This document shows positions 56,201 through 64,000 of a stretch of 64,000 bases of DNA, piece after piece. Every line of letters starts with the position of its first letter. The stretch's first letter is position 1. Source of the DNA: the human T2T-CHM13v2.0 reference genome, Homo sapiens. The notes below the pieces were generated by a model. That model did no database searches. It saw nothing but the letters and a program-made list of their open reading frames with translations, and was not told the origin of the DNA. The DNA lies in NCBI RefSeq assembly GCF_009914755.1, contig NC_060926.1. One strand, given 5' to 3'. Position numbers and translations under genes: made by a program.

Positions 56201-58295
56201 CTGGCATATAACTCAGTCTTTCTTAGAACAATCAAACTGATTCGTACTTCCAATTGTGAAATGTAAAACTCTCCACATTTAAGGTGGCCTCAAATGACCT
56301 TCTAGATTCATCTTTTAACACACTACCCTCTCTCCCAAAGCCCCTTCTCATAAATTCATTTATATCAGCCTACTTGACATTTTCTGAATATACTCTCAAC
56401 TCATCAGCCCATCGAATCTGCTCAAGCCTTTCTTACTCCCTACACATCCTTTAAGACCCTGCGTAAGAGTCCCCACATTATCCATCCAAACTAATTCCCT
56501 TTTCTCCCCTCTCCAATCTATTGTACTTTCATTACAAAATATTAACTATAATCCTAGGTACATCTCACTTAATTGACTATTAATTTCCAGAAGGTCACTC
56601 ACAGTTTATCCAACACAGTATCCTGTGTTATGTAGTGCACACCCAGACAGAAATAAGTCAAGCTAATGTAGCATTGTACAAAAAGATGTTTATCTGAGCA
56701 CCAGAATTGTGGCACTAATAGGTGTGGTTCACAAGGTCAAGGTGTTTACTTATAACCATACCTGGAAGGAAGTCTTTAGCTAGATTTGGAGAAGATGATA
56801 AAAAGACTGATTGAGAGTAATAGAAGCTACATTCTGAAATGTATAGGAATGAGACCCATGAAGAGCGCGTTACATGATTACTGACAATGGACTATGAAGG
56901 ATAAAAATGTGGTTCTGAACTCAATCTCTAATGCTTCATCAAGAGGAAAATTGGTCTGGATTGGGACATCTGCTTTCTTGTTTCAGAGTGCTTCTATTAC
57001 TGAGCACATCAGTAATTCTTAGTTTTTGAATACCAACTCTGTGACTGGCTGGAGAAAGCTGCAGGGCTGCATATGATTCTCTAGATTGTGTCCCTCATAT
57101 AGTATCAGAGGATTTTTGATAAAATCCAATTAACTGATACTGCCTGGTCTCTGCAGACCAGTGAGAAGTTAAAGGGATAGAGCACAACACCAAGAACACG
57201 GTTCCCTTTCTCAGAGCAGCAGTAGCAGAAGCAGCCAGCAAAGGCAGCCTCAGGGCAGCTGAAGGAGGAGGCTGAAGAAAGAGAAAAGGATTTCTGAGCA
57301 TCTGAGATGTACCATGTAGAACTCTCAGAAATCACTGTAAAACACTCTAGGGAGCTTAAAGCTTGGCGAATTTATTTTACCTTGTGATATAATTTGTGTT
57401 GTACACATATTAAAAACAAAGCTCAGAGCAGGTAATCAAATTGCCAAATATAAGATGTGGTTCGGTTACTTTAATGGAACAAGCATTAAAAAAATACTTA
57501 CTATGCGTCAGGCACCATACTTGATAAATCCTGGTGATTTTAGATCTGGAACCCAATAATTCTCTCACAAATCCAGGATTCCATAACCGTGTCAAGATGA
57601 CTTTAAAATTCAAATAATGAAAGGCATTGAACTTGATCCCTGAGGTTCCTTTCCTCTCTGTATTAAAAGGATATAATGCACTTTTCCTTGGGCAAGGTTG
57701 AGCGGATGCTTGAGAGGAGACTAATGAGGTCTGGGAGCCGCTCCAGGTACTTGAAAAAAAACATGGAAGTTTTTTGGTCTAAGCAAGAAAGCATACTGAC
57801 TGTATGCAGTCAAGTTCAGGTCAAAACTTTATTGAGCTTCTGATCTATTTTCACATTTTGCTAGGAATTCAGATGCAAAACAAGTAATGCCCCTCATGTT
57901 CAAGGGTATTTCCCTTTCAGTCAAATGGGGGGAGACACAAGCAATAATTCCAATATGACATGAAAATATTATGATAGTGTTAAGTACAGGATGCCTTCAG
58001 AGAGCAGAAAATTACCCAGAAAATCTGGATAATCAGGACATTTTGGGGGAGACAAGCTCTCTGTTTACGCTGATATTAACTAGTGGTTGGTGAGGCAAGA
58101 AGAAAGAGAAGGGCAATCCAAGCAGCTGTCACTGAACGAGCAAAGACATGGAAGAAAGAGGCAATGCAGTGTGTTTAGGAAAACACAAATACTTCTCTGG
58201 TTCTAAAGAGTATCCAGCAAAAAAGCAAGATTGACTGGCAAGGAAGCTAGAGAAGTGAGTCTGATGTTCCTCTCACCATATAGAGGAATAGAATT

Positions 58296-58561
58296 GTGTG
58301 TATATATATACACACAACTATATATATAGTTAAATATATATAAACTATAAATATAAATAAATATAGTTATATATATAAAAATATATAATATATAAATATA
58401 TGATATATATAATACATATTAAAAATATATAAATATATAGTTATATATAAATATATTTATAGTTACTATAAATAAATATAGTTATATATAAATATAAATA
58501 TATATCAATAAATATATATAGTTATATATAAAATATATTTATAGTTAATATAAATAAATAC

Positions 58562-58603
<42 letters not shown>
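58296..58603. repeat. AT-only low-complexity tract ending in ~(AT)20
   Basis: Repeated atatagttatatataaa units, with a pure AT run at 58564-58603. Confidence 0.95.
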
Positions 58604-58605
<2 letters not shown>

Positions 58606-60071
58606 CAAATTACATAGAGCCCTCTACCTGACTCAAAATTCAACCATGGTAATTGTATCCTGGAGCCTAGTAGGGGACCCACCGCCCTGTAGATGGTAAC
58701 TGTTTTTACAAATGAATGAACATTATAAAATGATTTACTGGTTTCAGTGATAGGAAAAGAAATTTATCAGTACAAATACTTTTGCTATTCAGTATATTTT
58801 TTTCCACAGCAGTTAGATGATTGGATAGAAGACAGATGCCACCTTGGCTCTTTGGTAAAGTCCATTTCCTGGATTGCCACTCCCAGTCCAAATAAACCAG
58901 GCCACGACCACATTTCCTAGCTAATCTGGCATTATGCTGATCAAAGGGTATAACGCAAAACTCTATATTTTTCTAAACTATACATTCCCATCACCCTACC
59001 AGGGGGAACTCAAAGGACTGGAGCCATTGCCAGGCTCCTGAGAATGAATAAATACATACCCACAGTGACTTCACTAGAACATGATTAATTCCTTTTTGGC
59101 AAAGATGGGTCTGGCAATAGGCAAAGATCTCAAAACGACATGGAAGAAAATAGGTGATAGCAGCAAGTATCTTGGTGCCTTTGGGTTGATGGCTAAACTA
59201 TGACATATGCCAAATATTTGTCTCCAGCCAGGGACCAGGCTGAGAAAGATGGATATCCTAAAGCTGAGCCATTTGAGATTTACTTTTTGATATGAAAGCT
59301 TCATATATTTTATACAATCATAATTAGTTCTCCATTTCCCAGTTTAATTGTATGACTACTGGCATTTTGAATTAGAGATGCTTTTCCCTGTTTTAACAAG
59401 CAGCTCTCTTCAGACTGGGAAACTGTAGGGGAAATTAATGTTCTTACTGTCTTTCAGCCTCTGAAGAATTTTTCCAGATTTCATGGAACCCAAAGCCTAA
59501 ATAGCTTAGAGTATGCTTGAGGGGAGGACAGATGGGGCAGGCAACCACTTGTTGTTTGGACTGAAAAAGAAAAGAATAATGGGAAAAGGGGTTAGAAAGG
59601 TGGAGAAAGGTCAAGTCAGTGATGCATTTGAATGACAGATCAAGGAGTTTGGGTATTTCAAGAAAGCTCATGAGATAATCATTATAATAGTGGATTTAGG
59701 ATTATTTTTATAAATGTATTCTATGGTAGTTTAGCTGAAATACGATCCCTTTTTTAGTTGGCAAAGCAATAAATGAAGGGCTCACATTATAAAAACTTAC
59801 TGCCAACTTAATTTTTCTTAATGATACAAAATCCTTTTGAGTCTCAGAATTTGGAGGCCATTTTATTGCCTAGAATTTTATGCCTTTTCATTTATAAACA
59901 AATCTGGATATACAATGGAAAGTAATTGTCAAACATTAATATTTCAATGTAAGCCTGTTGTCCTTTTCTCAAATAGAAAACAAAGAAATTTCACTTCTAA
60001 TAATAACCATGCTGTGTTTCTAAGGAAATTAAATAGACTGAGGGGTTATACTACAGGGTACTTGCTTAGTG

Positions 60072-60102
<31 letters not shown>

Positions 60103-60128
60103 TGTGTGTGTGTGTGATGTTGTGTGTC
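60072..60128. repeat. (TG)n microsatellite, interrupted
   Basis: Direct reading. Confidence 0.9.
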
Positions 60129-60867
60129 TGTGTATAATCAGTCAGAGTCCAGTCAGGACAGTCAGGTATCAGAAACCAAATCTCTTAATTTAGCAGATAA
60201 AATGTAATATAAAATAAGTTTTTGAAAGGTTAACTAAATAACTGGTGATAATAGAGTACTACAGAACTCTGAAGCCATCTTATCCTTCCATAAATTATTT
60301 TACACATTTGATGCCACTATTAGCAGCATCAAAATTCCAATTCCTATTTAAAAGAGTTGCACTGTTATTCATGTACTGCTTGTATTTACTTTTTCACATT
60401 TAAAGTCCAGTAGAGTGGAACATTACTAAATTCATCAAAAAAATTTAATTGGATATCTTACTTTGGAATTATTTATAATTCAATTCGATTCAATTGAATG
60501 TGTTTGTAAGTGCCTTACTGTGATATAATCAAGGTATTATCTGGGGCTGCAGTTCTCATCTGGGGCCCAGGGTCCTCTTCTACGCTCACCGGTTATTGAA
60601 AGAACTAATTTCTCTGTTATATTTTCCATCTGTCTTTCTTTATCTAGAAGCTAGCAATGGCAGGCTGAGTCCTCATGCATCAGAGCTCTTCTACTTCCTC
60701 TTTTACTCCCTCTTCTGTTTTCCTATTCTGCTTTAAGGGCTCATGTGATTGCACTGAGCCCTTGTGCAAGGCCAACAAGTCACTTCTGAGAAAGGGTAAA
60801 ATCAAATTAGGAAGAAAATGCCGCCTTCAGGTTAAATCTCAAGCACTATTCTATTGTGTTAGGCTAC

Positions 60868-61287
60868 TTTCTTAGTCCACTTTATGTTGCTATAACAAAA
60901 TACCACAGACTAGGTAATTTATAAAGAAAAGAAATTTATTTCTTACAGTCATGGAGACTGGGAAGTTCAAGGTTAAAGAGTCTGCATCTAGCAAAGGCCT
61001 TCCTGCTTCCTCATTCCATGGTGGAAGGTGGAAGGGCAAGAGATTATGTGTGTTTATGCATATGTGCAAGAGAGAGAGAAAGAGAATGGGAACCAAACTC
61101 ATCCTTTTTGTGAAGAACCCATTCCCAAATTAACTAATCCACTCCCTTGATAAAAGCATTAATCCATTCTTGAGGGAAGAGCCCTCATGATTGAAAAACC
61201 TTTCAAAGGTCTGACCTCTCAACACTGTTGTATTGGAAATGAAGTTTACAACACATAAACCTTGGAAAACACAATTGAACCATAGCA
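60868..61287 (-). mobile_element. MLT1A-like MaLR solo LTR
   Basis: tcttagtcca..tgttgctataacaaaataccacagactaggtaatttataaa...gcattaatccattcttgaggg.agagccctcatga...aaccatagca. 5-bp TSD gctac/gctgc. Confidence 0.85.
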
Positions 61288-61903
61288 GCTGCCCTATTCT
61301 ATCCCTCTGAAAGAATTGCTCATCTAGAAAACTAGCATTTCTGGCTCCCAACACAGAGGTGTCTATGATTTACCCCCAAGAGAAGAGGGCTTGGTGTCAT
61401 TATTCAAGAAGTAACCACACACTTACAGAATTATGAGTTTTCTCTCTTATGGTTGGACTCCAGCTACCACCCTTTCTATATGCACCCAAACCTATTTTAT
61501 GCACCCAAACCTATTTTCTGCTCTCTGCCTCACTACATGCTACCCAAAACACATTATTTTTTTAGAAGCACCAAATTTGCATTTTAGAAATCCACTATAT
61601 TTCTTTTGTATAGATTAATTTAAACTAAGTATGTGTTTTCTTAGTCATAAAGATGTGCTAAATGTCTGTTTAGATAGAGCACTGTAGTAACTAGCCCCTC
61701 AGCAAACACGTTATTTCATTCATTCCCAGACACAAAGGAATTGCAAGCTAGAAGGAAGAGTAAGTGCTGGGTGCTCAGAACAGCCATTTAGGTACCTAAC
61801 CTACCATTTAGATACATGACCATGAGTAGGTTATTTAACATTTTCATGCCTTGGCATTTTTATTTTCAAAATTTACACTTAAAAATTTCTATCACACCAG
61901 GAC

Positions 61904-63709
61904 TGTGATAGGCAGAATTTTGGCCCCAGTGATCTCTGTGCCCTGGCATTCCTCCCAGGAATGGTTATGGTACGTTACATGACAAGTGGGATTTTGCAGA
62001 TATAATTAAGTTTACTAATCAGTTGACCTTAGAATAGGAGGATTTCCCTGGATTATTCAAGTTGGCTCAGTGCAATCACATGAGCCCTTAAAGCAGAATA
62101 GGAAAACAGAAGAGGAGTAAAAGAGAAAGTAGAAGAGCTCTGATGCATGAGGACTCAGCCTGCCATTGCTAGCTTCTAGATGAAGAAAGACAGATGGAAA
62201 ATATAACAGATAAATTAGTTCTTTCAATAACCAGTGAGCGTAGAAGAGGACCCTGGGCCCCAGATAAGAACTGCAGCCCCAGATAATACCTTGATTATAT
62301 CACAGTAAGGCACTTACTAGAGAATCCAAACACATTGTGCCAGACTTCTGGCCTACAGAACCATGACATAAATAATAGCTGTTGTCTTTTTTTTTTTTTT
62401 TTACTTTAAGTTCTAGGGTACATGTGCGCAACATGCAGGTTTGACACATAGGTACACATGTGCCATGTTGGTTTGCTGCACCTATCAACTCGTCATTTAC
62501 ATTAGGTATTTCTCCTAATGCTATCCCTCCCCCTGCCCCCCACCCCCCGACAGGCCCCAGTGTGTGATGTTCCCCACCCTGTGTCCAAGTGAGCTCATTG
62601 TTCAATTCCCACTTATGAGTGAGAACATGCGGTGTTTGGTTTTCTGTCCTTCTGATAGTTTGCTGAGAATGATGGCTTCCAGTTTCATCCATGTCCCTGC
62701 AAGGGACATGAACTCATCCTTTTTATGACTGCATAGTATTCCATGGTGTATATGTGCCACATTTTCTTAATCCAGTCTATCATTGTTGGACATTTGGGTT
62801 GGTTCCAAGTCTTTGCTATTGTAAATAGTGCCACAATAAACATACATGTGCATGTGTGTTTATAGTAGCATGATTTATAATCCTTTGGGTATACACCCCG
62901 TAATGGGATTGCTGGGTGAAATGGTATTTCTAGTTCTAGATCCTTGAGGAATCGCCACACTGTCTTCCATAATGGTTGATCTAATTTACACTCCTACCAA
63001 CAGTATAAAAGTGTTCCTATTTCTCCACATCCTCTCCAGCATCTGTCGTTTCCTGACTTTTTAATGATTGCCATTCTAACTGGTGTGAGACGCTATCTCA
63101 TTGTGGTTTTGATTTGCATTTCTCTGATGGCCAGTGATGATGAGCATTTTTTCATGTGTCTGTTGGCTGCACAGATGTCTTCTTTTGAGAAGTGTCTGTT
63201 CATATCCTTTGCCCACTTTTTGATGGGTTTGTTTTTTTCTTGTAAATTTGTTTGAGTTCTTTGTAGATTCTGGATATTAGCCCTTTGTCAGATGGGTAGC
63301 TTGCAAAAATTTTCTCCCATTCGGTGGGTTGCCTCTTCACTCATGATAGTTTCTTTTGCTGTGCAGAAGCTCTTTAGTTTAATTAGATTCCATTTGTCTA
63401 TTTTGGCTTTTGTTGCCATTGCTTTTGGTGTTTTAGTCATGAAATCCTTGCCCATGCCTATGTCCTGAATGGTATTGCCTAGGTTTTCTTCTAGGGTTTT
63501 TATGGTTTTAGGTCTAACATTTAAGTCCTTAATCCATCTTGAATTAATTTTTGTATAAGGTGTAAGGAAGGGATCCAGTTTCAGCTTTCCACATATGGCT
63601 AGCACTATATGTGTCCAGTTTTCCCAGCACCAATAATGGCTGTTTACTTAAGCCACTAAATTCATGGTCATCTATTTAATTTGCTACCTAGCATTAGAAA
63701 ACAAATACA
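61904..63709 (+). mobile_element. MLT1D/E-type MaLR LTR split by L1PA (halves 61904-62386 and 63632-63709)
   Basis: tgtgataggcagaatt..ggcccc, ttttgcagatataattaag, cagacttctggcctacagaacc; resumes ttaagccactaaatt...gcattagaaaacaaataca. Confidence 0.8.
62387..63631 (-). mobile_element. L1PA 3' end (~1.25 kb)
   Basis: Poly-T, L1PA 3'UTR and ORF2 peptides ([36 protein letters not shown]). TSD aataat(a/g)gctgtt at 62371-62383 and 63632-63644. Confidence 0.95.
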
Positions 63710-64000
63710 GGGCCAATATGTAAATTAAGCAGTACATACAAGGATTCACTATGAACAATAACAATCTTTCCAAACATGTTTTGTTTTTGCTGTTATCATT
63801 GTTTCCTTTAATACCAATTCCCTGTATCCCCTGGTTTTCAGTCTTCTTTTTTTTGTTTTGTTTTGTTTTGTTTTGCTTTTGACACAGGAAGCATATTTAA
63901 GAAAGTTCCCTTTTGGTGATCCTCTTTATCTGAGAAAAGTTTGTTAGCCATCCTCTCAGAGAAGGTAGACAAAAAACTATCAAGTCTCCTGCAAGGCTCA

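Noticed and set aside
57040-57350. GC/purine-rich stretch possibly an ancient LTR
   Set aside because: I could not assign a family or boundaries with confidence.

Overview
AT-rich primate (human-like) non-coding DNA dominated by interspersed repeats. It contains 7 full Alu dimers, a fossil Alu monomer (FAM), four young or middle-aged L1P 3' insertions plus a 5'-inverted one, old L1M/L2/MIR fragments, DNA-transposon relics (MER44, MER1A, MER5, Zaphod-like, MER103C-like), MaLR LTRs (MST/MLT1) and an intact ERV9 LTR12C-type solo LTR (51156-52538). No credible protein-coding gene, RNA gene or CRISPR array is supported. The longer ORFs are L1 ORF2, Alu or LTR read-throughs, or chance. I found no new biological system. 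The best second-look items are: (i) an unassigned, GC-richer block at about 17.2-19.0 kb with a gap-free 210-bp duplication, a perfect 19-bp inverted repeat and a thrice-repeated 23-mer; (ii) an L1PA whose 5' target-site duplication appears to be inverted together with 40 bp of flank; (iii) the CpG-rich LTR12C as a candidate cryptic promoter; (iv) several nested or inverted TE structures and short dispersed local duplications. Repeat subfamily names come from recalled consensus motifs and need RepeatMasker/Dfam confirmation. Boundaries of old repeats are approximate.
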